DNA of 64,000 nt from NCBI GenBank assembly GCA_965209015.1, contig OZ242367.1, forward strand, positions 2,048,865 through 2,112,864. Direction: 5' to 3'. A program made the position numbers and the translations under genes. The stretch is from Rhodothermales bacterium (GTDB lineage: Bacteria; Bacteroidota; Rhodothermia; Rhodothermales; Bin80). Positions 52,001-59,563 of this stretch are shown piece by piece. The notes below the pieces were generated by a model, which was not told the DNA's origin, searched no databases, and was given only the letters and a program-made list of their open reading frames with translations. How positions within the stretch are numbered: position 1 is the stretch's first letter; each line of letters begins with the position of its first letter.

Positions 52001-54908
52001 CTCGAAGGGTAACTTCCTGAGGCTCATTCCAGTTTGAAGATGTAAAGCTGAACTCTTGCCTCGAAACCATAACTCTCCCCTCCGATTCTGGGATGCTAAC
52101 GGTCACAGGTCCAGTCGGTGCAGACATTAGCCGAACCGTATAGATCTCTGTATCCTCCTCTGTTACTTCCAGCGAAGTGGGAATCAACTCTATCCCGGCA
52201 ACATCGTTATCAATTATTGTGACCGTTAGGGTTGCGATCTTTCCATTGTAATCTGGATCCGAACTGGTTGACGTATGGATCAGGGTAGACATCTCGCTGA
52301 TAGCATTATCATCAGAGACAGCCTGCACAGTCACCACCTGCGGTTGATCCCAATTTGAAGCCAAAAAGATAAGTTCCGGTGGCGAAAATGATACTACATC
52401 TTCCGACTCAACAATGTTAACGGTTACCGCCTCAACCGGCTGAGACAATAGCCGGACCGAGTAGGTTTCTTCATTTCCCTCCTCTACACTCAACGAGGTA
52501 GGAATCAACTCAATCCCCGTAGTCTCATGATCAACCACTGCGATCGGTAGGTTTGCCATCTTTCCACTGTAGTCGGGATCCGAACTAGTTGCCGTATGGA
52601 TCAGAGTGGAAGTTTCAGTGATGGAATTATCGTCTGTTTGTGCTCGGACGGTCACTTCCTGAAATTTATCCCAATTTGAAGCCGAAAAGCGGAGCACCTG
52701 TGGCGAAAATGTTACGACATCTTCTGATTCGACAATTCGGATGGTTACATCCTTAGTCGGCTCCGACAGAAGACGGACGGAGTAGTTTTCCGCATCCCCT
52801 TCGGTTATATTCAGCGACGAGGAGGAGAAATCAATCCCTGCAGCATCATTATCGTTGACCTTGACCGTCACCGTCTGGGTAATCCCATTGTAGCCGCCCC
52901 CAGTTGCTTCTAACCTGATGGATTCAATTTCATCTACTGCATCTACATCTTCAGCTGCAAAAACTGTTATGGACTGTGCTACATTATAGTTTGACCTTGA
53001 AAAACGTAGGGACGACCTATCCCGAGTTAAGTCTGGATCTTCAAATGATGCAATTCTCACAAGCACGGTGCTTGAGGGTTGAACTGCAAGGTTCACCGAG
53101 AACTGAGATCCGCTCCCACCCTCGGAAACAAATACCTCCGCAGGTGAAACGACAAGTTCTGGCTCATCATCATCCAAAATCGTAATCGCTACTCTTTTTT
53201 GCTCACCACCATAGCCACCTCCATTGGCGGACACCGTAATATTTTGAAATTCATCCAGAAAGTCCTCATCCTGTTGAGCAGTGAACCGCACGGACTGCGG
53301 ACGATCCCAGTCCGTGCTAGTAAATATTAGGCTAGATGGGGATGCGATCAGGTCCCCTTGACGTTCGGAAACTGATACGGTAACATCGTTCGTTCCAATA
53401 TTTCCCAATGGTTCTCTAGTAAGGCGGATGGAGATGCTTCTTGATTCCCCCTCTGGTATTCTTAGTGAAGAAGGAGAGACTTCAAGTCTAGGAACATCGT
53501 CGTCTTCAATTCTTATGTGAAATCTCGCATATATTCCCAGAAATAGGTTGTCCTCGCTTGCAGGTTCCGTGACCTGAAGGGTTAATGTAACCTGATCATC
53601 TATATCATCTGCGTCATGAGCTGCCTCAAACACCACCCTGTTCCCACGCCAACAATATTCGTACAATATGCCTCTACCATTACGGCAACCCATTTCCTGT
53701 GACTCTGAAGGGTAACTCACACTTGACGGGGAAACCGAAATGTCCGTCCCCTCATATCCTGAATAGGTGGCTACGATGACATCAATGTTAGGATGGATTG
53801 GTGTATCCCCGAATAGTACCAAGTCAGGTGCAGTAATACTCGTTCCCTCTGGAATTAATATCTCATACGGAGGTCGGTCTTCAATCATAATCTCCCTTGA
53901 AAATCTGAGACCACTGTACCCTCCTCCCATGGCAGTGAACAAAAGAGTTACCTGCTCATCCTGAGTATCATCATCATGTTCTGCAAGGAAATAAATTTCC
54001 TGAGCTGGCCACCCATCTTCTGCCAGAAATATAAAGGTCGTTTGATTTGGAGAAATACTTGTCCCCTCATGTCCAGTAAGCGTAACTGTTACATCCCCAG
54101 AAGGGGGGCCCAGAAGGGGGATAACGTATGATTGCAAATCTATATTACCTGAATGACGAGTACCCTCACTCATGGTTACTGGCTCGAGTTCCCAGATTAT
54201 TTCGTCATCCACGATCTCAACGTCTAATTGATACGGATCCCCCTCGTTTTCATTGAAGGTAATGGTCAGAGTTACTTCGTCATTGATTGCATCACTATCA
54301 TGGTCTGCTGTCAGGGTAATTATTTTATCTTCATAATCGGTTGGTGCAACTGGGAAAGTGCTGGGCGTTACGGTGAGATTTGTACCTGAAAAACCGGTAA
54401 TGATCATGGTTACATCCGTAGAAGGTGCACCATCTAAAGAAAAAATATATTCTACTGAATTTCCCTCAAGGATCTTGATAGACGGGGGATCATCATTAGC
54501 CTTCGCTGTCTGATCCCAAATCTTTTCTCCAAGTTTCAGTCCCTCGGTTTCGTTGAGTTGACCTAAGATTCCATGGTTCCAAAAAGGACCAATCAGTGTA
54601 TCAGAGGGAAATGTATGGATTGGCGAATCGGGAATCCGAAACGGGATCACACCTCCCATATCCGTATTCCATAATTGAGGAATTGGTCCATTCAATTCCT
54701 CTGAACCCATACTGAGTTCAATTGAAAATTCGTTCAAATCCTCATCAAATATGGGCGACCTTGATACTGAATAGTGACCCGTCGCAGCTTTGATTTGGAT
54801 CTGTGGAACATGATCCTGTCCAACGGAGACAGTGGGGAGGTAGATTAATAAGAGTCCAAGAACTTGTAGCCCCCGTCTAATAAAGAATGTCACTATATGC
54901 TGCTGCAT
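49011..54908 (-). CDS. Giant (1965 aa) paralog of 40846-48018 with the same architecture but only 4 of the ~106-aa repeats
   Basis: N-terminus MQQHIVTFFIRRGLQVLGLLLIYLPTVSVGQ. The C-terminal ~1100 aa are nearly identical to the paralog, including both Calx-beta domains and the barrel. Confidence 0.8.
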   Translation of the reverse strand: MQQHIVTFFIRRGLQVLGLLLIYLPTVSVGQDHVPQIQIKAATGHYSVSRSPIFDEDLNEFSIELSMGSEELNGPIPQLWNTDMGGVIPFRIPDSPIHTFPSDTLIGPFWNHGILGQLNETEGLKLGEKIWDQTAKANDDPPSIKILEGNSVEYIFSLDGAPSTDVTMIITGFSGTNLTVTPSTFPVAPTDYEDKIITLTADHDSDAINDEVTLTITFNENEGDPYQLDVEIVDDEIIWELEPVTMSEGTRHSGNIDLQSYVIPLLGPPSGDVTVTLTGHEGTSISPNQTTFIFLAEDGWPAQEIYFLAEHDDDTQDEQVTLLFTAMGGGYSGLRFSREIMIEDRPPYEILIPEGTSITAPDLVLFGDTPIHPNIDVIVATYSGYEGTDISVSPSSVSYPSESQEMGCRNGRGILYEYCWRGNRVVFEAAHDADDIDDQVTLTLQVTEPASEDNLFLGIYARFHIRIEDDDVPRLEVSPSSLRIPEGESRSISIRLTREPLGNIGTNDVTVSVSERQGDLIASPSSLIFTSTDWDRPQSVRFTAQQDEDFLDEFQNITVSANGGGYGGEQKRVAITILDDDEPELVVSPAEVFVSEGGSGSQFSVNLAVQPSSTVLVRIASFEDPDLTRDRSSLRFSRSNYNVAQSITVFAAEDVDAVDEIESIRLEATGGGYNGITQTVTVKVNDNDAAGIDFSSSSLNITEGDAENYSVRLLSEPTKDVTIRIVESEDVVTFSPQVLRFSASNWDKFQEVTVRAQTDDNSITETSTLIHTATSSDPDYSGKMANLPIAVVDHETTGIELIPTSLSVEEGNEETYSVRLLSQPVEAVTVNIVESEDVVSFSPPELIFLASNWDQPQVVTVQAVSDDNAISEMSTLIHTSTSSDPDYNGKIATLTVTIIDNDVAGIELIPTSLEVTEEDTEIYTVRLMSAPTGPVTVSIPESEGRVMVSRQEFSFTSSNWNEPQEVTLRANPDDNTINETYTLIHTATSSDPSYNRKTASLSVTVIDNDAAEIQLIPTSLNVTEGDTQIYSVRLQTEPSEPVAVNITESGGVVTVLPLMLRFTSSNWSELQEVTVQSDPDDNTINEVITLIHTASSVDPDYNGKTATLPVTVIDGDRLNLVVNPTELTIEEGTSKEFTVQLSSPSAVPVTVQIPMFTNQDLTHDQSTLTFTSSTWDEPQTVTVSANKDDDAENEDPETLTLTAAGGEYDGITGMVTVTVEDTNQKGILLNPLSLYLEEGGPADTYTVELQSAPTSTMTITVTGHSNKVTLDQESLTFTPSNWNDPQTVTIQALDDQDTDNEQFMLTHSASGGGYDDETASLEVRINDLGILTISIFDAEVSEGGGYVDLQVELSQPVDQLVSVMYQAVAEDAEAGSDYQDSRGIVLFSSGSTKGRIRLDILDDEVPEPDETFAVVLRNARNAEILRGTGRVTILDNDGGLIVWIDDEVALEEDGMVQFSVHLSQPSADPVMVSYRTENGTAIAGEDYQATSGVLMFAPGTIKEEIVVELLTDEFDWREETFTVHLQSLGKTQIEKGVAVATIQEAASVSSEVMKAYTARFIRTSTVQIVEALHQRFQSRTGASSCSAGERMVLAQMWGTTSGWEPSLSELLSGCHLSGTLPGGGLSVWGRGSFTRFNGQGEDALRLRADVTTAMVGMDYTWQRGWLAGLLVSHSQGDGSFDVFEESGDVHSGLTGLVPYISIQKADWGAWMAMGYGQGRTEVQELEGDLVSMFGAAGAHGEWASNASVGLTVHGDILYSGAEVDEHAVSVQVYRVRAGLGSDLRISKVIRPYVEANIRRDGGSAETGTGLELGGGIRLAYPAWRLRGEMRTQGLVIHSANGFTEWGLSGLVQFGDGPEGLVVSVRPSWGPNQGGVLLRQKAIHETTSVGTNHNQIKMEMAYGLPFQAGVMRSVAGMTQLFTGRMYRLGVELQPWEYVNVSMFGVTYPNANSQRGIGLNLRGSLRY
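51561..52841 (-). repeat. Four in-frame tandem ~320-bp repeats inside giant gene 2
   Basis: Same unit family as 43396-45960. Confidence 0.85.
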
Positions 54909-55084
54909 GCGTCAGATGAGGGAATTCACCAACTACTGGCGACAGACATACTACGAATTAACTCGCTTTATGAGTAAGTTTTCAAAAAATATATCCAATA
55001 ATCAAGAAGATATTCACAACCATTCTACGCGTTACAGTTGTGATAACTCGGGAGTACTATAAAATGTTTGATTCCTTTGCTTAT

Positions 55085-55640
55085 TCCGACGTATTGGGAC
55101 ACCCATCCCGATCGAACTGAGCACCCCAATTGGATGCAACTGAGCCACGCAATCTATAGGAGGTGAGCCACCTATTTTCCGTGTCGGTGAGTGTCATGAT
55201 TAGTAGGGTTCAAGTTCAAATTCTTGCTGTCCTTGTACCTTCCGCGTCGACTCCCCAGACAGGTTAATTTTGTGTGCATTGTTGACCAGTCGGTATATGA
55301 TTGCGTTCGCCAACGTTGTATCTTCCATGATTTCGTACTATTTCTCCAACGGAGTTTGACTGGTCACAATTGTAGAGCGTACGGTGTAGCGATCATCCAG
55401 TAGTTCCATCAAGTCCCACTGTTGCATCGGATTGATTCGGTGGAGCACCAATACATCCATGCGTGCGAGCTGTTTGAATTCTTTTAAGTATGTTCCTTCT
55501 TCCCGGGCAATCTGGATCGTCTCTAAGAATTGAGAGAGTCACGTATAGCGGGTTTTGAAGTTTTCAAAACAAGCTCTATGCGCCAGTGCACAGGCAACGT
55601 AGCTTTTGCCTCTCCCATTGAAACTAATAGAGTTTACTTC
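55085..55640 (-). mobile_element. Relic of an IS21-family element: istB helper-ATPase pseudogene plus terminal repeat region. No istA remains.
   Basis: Minus-strand translation of 55622-55200 gives FNGRGKSYVACALAHRACFENFKTRYT-TGA-LSQFL...DDRYTVRSTIVTSQTPLEK-TAG-YEIMEDTTLANAIIYRLVNNAHKINLSGESTRK, which is an IstB signature. Stops are at 55539-55541 and 55338-55340. Reiterated (A)CTGAGC[AC]C / GTGAGCCACC motifs at 55115-55195 resemble IS21 multi-repeat ends. Confidence 0.7.
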
Positions 55641-55961
55641 TCCGCGTCAAAATCTCGGACTTACAGACTCAGATGCAAAGCATGCCTACATGATTTTGGT
55701 GATATGGGGATGCAAAGTATAGGTGTATCTGAGGTTCGTTTAGACTCCTACAAGGTAGAAACCCCTTACACAAAAATCACCAAATCTGTGATGGAAACGG
55801 GAGAGTAAGAAAGCTGAATTGATATCTGGTCAACTGCAACGGACCCAGTGAATCTCATAGACCATTTCACACGAAGAAAAGCGGCCTCAACCATAGCATA
55901 AAAGGAGAGTCCGTAACTTTAAGGCACCAAGAAATGGTAAATTTGGATCAAGTAGAAACCA

Positions 55962-57227
55962 TTACTGTGGGTAAGGGGAGATCCTAGCAATTTCGTGATT
56001 TTGGATTTGCCACTGGACAGTAAATTCGGACACACCAAGCTCTTCAGCAAGGTCATAAATCTGGTCATGTTCAATGTTACTTTGCGTACCTACTTTATGT
56101 CTAAGCCACTCACTTGGTGCAAGTAATTCCGCAGCAAAGGATCTTGCACGAGACTGTTCGGGAGTTCGCAACTTACTCAAAATGGACGGTCCGTTCCCTG
56201 TACGTGCAATAAAATGTCCCAAGGCACGCGCAAGAAGAAACTTCTTACCCGTATCCCGCTTTTGAACAACCACACATGAGGGGCTATGCTCCCCTAAGCA
56301 ACCTTCTATACGGGATGAAGGTGACACCGTTTCTGAGTTCCAGATGCTATAATCACCAACAAAAGAAAAGGGACCTGGATTGAGACCAAGTTCACGCAGA
56401 ACGGTACGTGCATCTTGTTCTCCCGCCTCCCATGGGTATTGAGAGTTTGATAAGTTCTTTTGAACGGCTTTTTTTACTTCCCCCCATACTGCATTGTTTG
56501 GTTTGTTTGCAGACGCAAGAGATCTTTTGAGCCATTCGTGTGTCTGCCCCAAAGTTGTTCCGTCCGAAGCCAGCATTAATTCTTCACGAATCAACGGGTG
56601 CGCCTCATTCCAAACAGTGGTCACTTGATCAGCCAGTTCCGGTTCAATGTCAAAAGGATCAAGTCCCAACATAGCCGTTGCTCGGCAGAATTCTTTCTCA
56701 TCATCATCAAGCACTTTGCTAATCACTTCCCACTCCTTAATCCAAGGTACGTCTCTCACATTTTTTTTCCTAAGCCGAGAGATGACATCTTCTACAAGAA
56801 CTTTCAATTCCTCTTGCAAGGCAACAGTTTCAAACGTTTGTTCACCTGCGAACAGAAACTGTATGCTCGCATGCTCGGCATACCATCTTTCGTACGAAAC
56901 CACCACATATCTCCCCTCAGGGCGGAAAACAATACGAGGAAATACAAATCCATTACCCGCATAGGAAAGGTCGTGTCTTGATGAGAAACCTGAACGCGAT
57001 AGGCCATCCACCGTATCCGCTTCATGGTACAGATACCACCAATTCACAACGACCCATTCGGCAACATGGGACATAGGTACCTCAATGTACTCATGATATT
57101 TATTTCCGGCTCGTAAGCAAGTAGCAATCTCGTCACCTATGTTGATCGTAAGGCGAGCCATCGTGTTATGGGCAATGGGATCTGGATACGGTGGTGCATC
57201 AACCCATTTGTAATCAAACAACGACAT
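55962..57227 (-). CDS. Uncharacterised 421-aa protein with a C-terminal degenerate ImmA/IrrE (DUF955)-like domain
   Basis: The C-terminal KKFLLARALGHFIA...RARSFAAELLAPSEWL aligns to the ImmA/IrrE pattern F.LAHELGH...FA.ELLmP, but HExxH is replaced by RAxxH. I do not recognise the N-terminal ~320 aa. Confidence 0.55.
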   Translation of the reverse strand: MSLFDYKWVDAPPYPDPIAHNTMARLTINIGDEIATCLRAGNKYHEYIEVPMSHVAEWVVVNWWYLYHEADTVDGLSRSGFSSRHDLSYAGNGFVFPRIVFRPEGRYVVVSYERWYAEHASIQFLFAGEQTFETVALQEELKVLVEDVISRLRKKNVRDVPWIKEWEVISKVLDDDEKEFCRATAMLGLDPFDIEPELADQVTTVWNEAHPLIREELMLASDGTTLGQTHEWLKRSLASANKPNNAVWGEVKKAVQKNLSNSQYPWEAGEQDARTVLRELGLNPGPFSFVGDYSIWNSETVSPSSRIEGCLGEHSPSCVVVQKRDTGKKFLLARALGHFIARTGNGPSILSKLRTPEQSRARSFAAELLAPSEWLRHKVGTQSNIEHDQIYDLAEELGVSEFTVQWQIQNHEIARISPYPQ

Positions 57228-57239
57228 TACTTCATTCCT

Positions 57240-57247
57240 ATAATTTT
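57240..57247. repeat. Target-site duplication ATAATTTT (left copy)
   Basis: Identical to 58663-58670 and immediately abuts IRL. Confidence 0.85.
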
Positions 57248-58662
57248 GGGTCTACAGCATTTTAAGTGGGCAAGGCCCTGGAATTAGGATAAACGGTCAT
57301 GAGATGGATTGGGTTCAGAGTCGATTTTGATGTTTATTTTATGGGTAGATACGCGATCCATTTTCATTAACCAATCAACCAATTTATCGATTCATGGCGA
57401 TACAAATTCAAGATCTTAGTGAGCTCTTCGGTATAGGCTCTTCGTGGGAGGTATCGGAGATCACCTATGATTCCGAGGAGTTGACGGCGGAGATCCATGT
57501 CATCTATTCAGAGGATTTGGTGTTACGTTGTCCCGAGTGTGGGAAAGCCTGTCCGGGTTACGACCATCGTCGTCGGAAGTGGCGTCATACGCGAATCTGT
57601 GACTATCACACGCATGTGGTAGCGAGGGTTCCTCGCGTGCAGTGTTCGGAGCATGGGATCAAGACGGTATCGGTGCCATGGGCGGATGCGCGGGTGCAGT
57701 TTACGACCGGATTTGAGGCGCGTGTGATTGACTGGTCCGAGGATGCGGGCAGTCTATCCACGGTGGCAACTCGACTGAAGGTGAGTTGGAGAATGATCTC
57801 CAATATCATGGAACGTGCGGTCAAGCGAGGGCTTGCTCGTAGAGAGGAAGAGAAGACGGAACACATCTGTGTGGATGAAATTGCCTTTACAAAAGGGCAC
57901 AACTACGTTACGATAGTGGGGAATCCGAAAACGGGGCATGTATTGCATGTCGCGGATGAACGGAAGAAAGAAAGTCTGGAAAGCTATTATGCTTCCCGTT
58001 CCCCTGCGCAACTGAAAGCCCTCAAAAGCTTGAGTATGGATATGTGGCCCGCGTTCATCTCCGCTACACTCAAATGGGTTCCTGACGCAGAAACAAAGAT
58101 TGCATTTGATCGCTTTCATGTAGCCAGATATATAGGAGGTGCAGTAGATAAAGTTCGGAAACAGGAGAATCGAGAATTGCGGAAGGAAGGGAGTCTGGAT
58201 CTCACAGGGACCAAGTATGTATGGCTAACCAATCCGCAGAATATGTCGGTCAAGCAAAAGAAACGATTCCAAGCGTTAAAGAAGAGTTCGCTGAGAACGG
58301 CTCGGGCTTGGGCAATCAAAGACCTGTCCCAGAGACTCTGGCACTATAAGAGCCGAACGTGGGCACGCAAAGGTTGGACGCGCTGGTTGAGTTGGGCCAT
58401 GCGCTGTAGACTTGCTCCCATGAAAGAGGCCGCGAAGACCGTCAAAAAACATCTATGGGGGATCATCAATGCCATTGTTCTCAAAGTCAGCAATGGGCCA
58501 GCGGAAAGTATCAATAGTAGGATCAAAAGCATCAAGGTCCGTGCCCGGGGATACCGAAATAAACAGCGGTTCGCCACTGCGATTTACTTCTATCTCGGAG
58601 GGTTGGATATGTATCCAGAAGGCTACCGAAATTAATTAACCCACTCTTAAGTGCGAAGAGCC
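57248..58662 (+). mobile_element. Intact ISL3-family insertion sequence (1415 bp)
   Basis: IRR is the canonical GGCTCTTCGCACTTAAGAGTGGG (reverse complement of 58640-58662). IRL is the imperfect GGGTCTACAGCATTTTAAGTGGG (57248-57270). The element is flanked by a perfect 8-bp direct repeat ATAATTTT, which is the ISL3 target-duplication size. Confidence 0.85.
57394..58635 (+). CDS. ISL3 family transposase
   Basis: 413 aa. N-terminal zinc-finger region LRCPECGKACPGYDHRRRKWRHT...VPRVQCSEHGIKTVSVPWA, followed by a DDE domain. Confidence 0.9.
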   Translation: MAIQIQDLSELFGIGSSWEVSEITYDSEELTAEIHVIYSEDLVLRCPECGKACPGYDHRRRKWRHTRICDYHTHVVARVPRVQCSEHGIKTVSVPWADARVQFTTGFEARVIDWSEDAGSLSTVATRLKVSWRMISNIMERAVKRGLARREEEKTEHICVDEIAFTKGHNYVTIVGNPKTGHVLHVADERKKESLESYYASRSPAQLKALKSLSMDMWPAFISATLKWVPDAETKIAFDRFHVARYIGGAVDKVRKQENRELRKEGSLDLTGTKYVWLTNPQNMSVKQKKRFQALKKSSLRTARAWAIKDLSQRLWHYKSRTWARKGWTRWLSWAMRCRLAPMKEAAKTVKKHLWGIINAIVLKVSNGPAESINSRIKSIKVRARGYRNKQRFATAIYFYLGGLDMYPEGYRN

Positions 58663-59048
58663 ATAATTTTATCGTGAGGCCCAAGGGGAAACCCGTGATA
58701 TTCACATGAACCTTGACCGGATTGCCTTGCCTCAAATAACCTTCCATCTTCCTCATGCCATACGACACGGGGAAAACCACCGTCAAATTCGCCGAAATTT
58801 CCTTGACGGATGGCATTGCGGAGCCAACCTTCAACTCGGGCTAGATCTTTCTGCAAATTCCTTGGACATGCGGTCTTGCCCGGTCTGTTCTGTGGAGGTA
58901 TCCCTTTAATACGCATGGTCCTATGGTATGGACTACCGACATAGCGACATTCATTAGCAACGACTTCAAGGTCTACCTCGGAGGGCGGAGACACTACCCT
59001 GCGCACTCTAGGTTTTAGACGCCTGTAGTTTGTTCGTTTGGCTGGCAT
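58647..59048 (-). CDS. Uncharacterised small basic protein (133 aa) whose last 5 codons and stop are supplied by the ISL3 right end
   Basis: MPAKRTNYRRLKPRVRRVV...ECRYVGSPYHRT...GKTACP...FPRVVWHEEDGRLFEAR...GSCEYHGFPLGPHDKI|MALRT. The junction with the IS falls at the TSD. Confidence 0.55.
   Translation of the reverse strand: MPAKRTNYRRLKPRVRRVVSPPSEVDLEVVANECRYVGSPYHRTMRIKGIPPQNRPGKTACPRNLQKDLARVEGWLRNAIRQGNFGEFDGGFPRVVWHEEDGRLFEARQSGQGSCEYHGFPLGPHDKIMALRT
58663..58670. repeat. Target-site duplication ATAATTTT (right copy)
   Basis: Identical to 57240-57247 and immediately abuts IRR. Confidence 0.85.
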
Positions 59049-59156
59049 TTTGGGGTATAACTAAAAGAAAAACGACAGAATATACTGATTTTTAAGAACA
59101 TAATACGCAACTCCGCTCTGCTAGGACAGTACGGCTTTGAATCAAAATAGTTATGC

Positions 59157-59181
59157 AAGAACTGATGGACCATCAGTTCTT
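59157..59181. repeat. Perfect 12-bp inverted repeat AAGAACTGATGG-a-CCATCAGTTCTT
   Basis: Read directly. It lies ~110-130 nt upstream of the 133-aa ORF start on the minus strand. Confidence 0.8.
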
Positions 59182-59447
59182 TGTACGCTCACGTTGCCGC
59201 CCTGTCCTGATATCTAAAACAGATCCTCATGAATACAGAGATTGCTTCAGGACAGAAATCATGCCCATACAGGAAATGTCGTAAATCATTACGCCAAACC
59301 CGCAAGCCATCAATAGGAACCAGTGGCCTTTAGTTCAGGAACATGAATGCCAAGAGGGATGCTGGACCGTAACGCGAAACATCGTGATCGTGATATATGA
59401 TAGAGAGCTGTAAAACCCATTGGTAGTGAAGGTTCATGAAGGGTACC

Positions 59448-59563
59448 AGAGCAGTACCTGACTTCATCTTCTCTCCGATAGTCACATATCAAGCAATCGA
59501 CGCCGTAAACGCGTCCTCACTCAAAGAGCAGTATCTGACTTCATCTTCTCTCCGATAGTCACA
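59448..59563. repeat. Two 39-nt direct repeats (one mismatch) separated by a 38-nt spacer
   Basis: AGAGCAGTA[C/T]CTGACTTCATCTTCTCTCCGATAGTCACA at 59448-59486 and 59525-59563. Confidence 0.9.

Noticed and set aside
59448-59563. A call as a CRISPR array.
   Set aside because: There are only two repeat copies and one spacer, no cas genes in 64 kb, and no palindromic repeat structure. It is reported as a repeat of unknown function instead.
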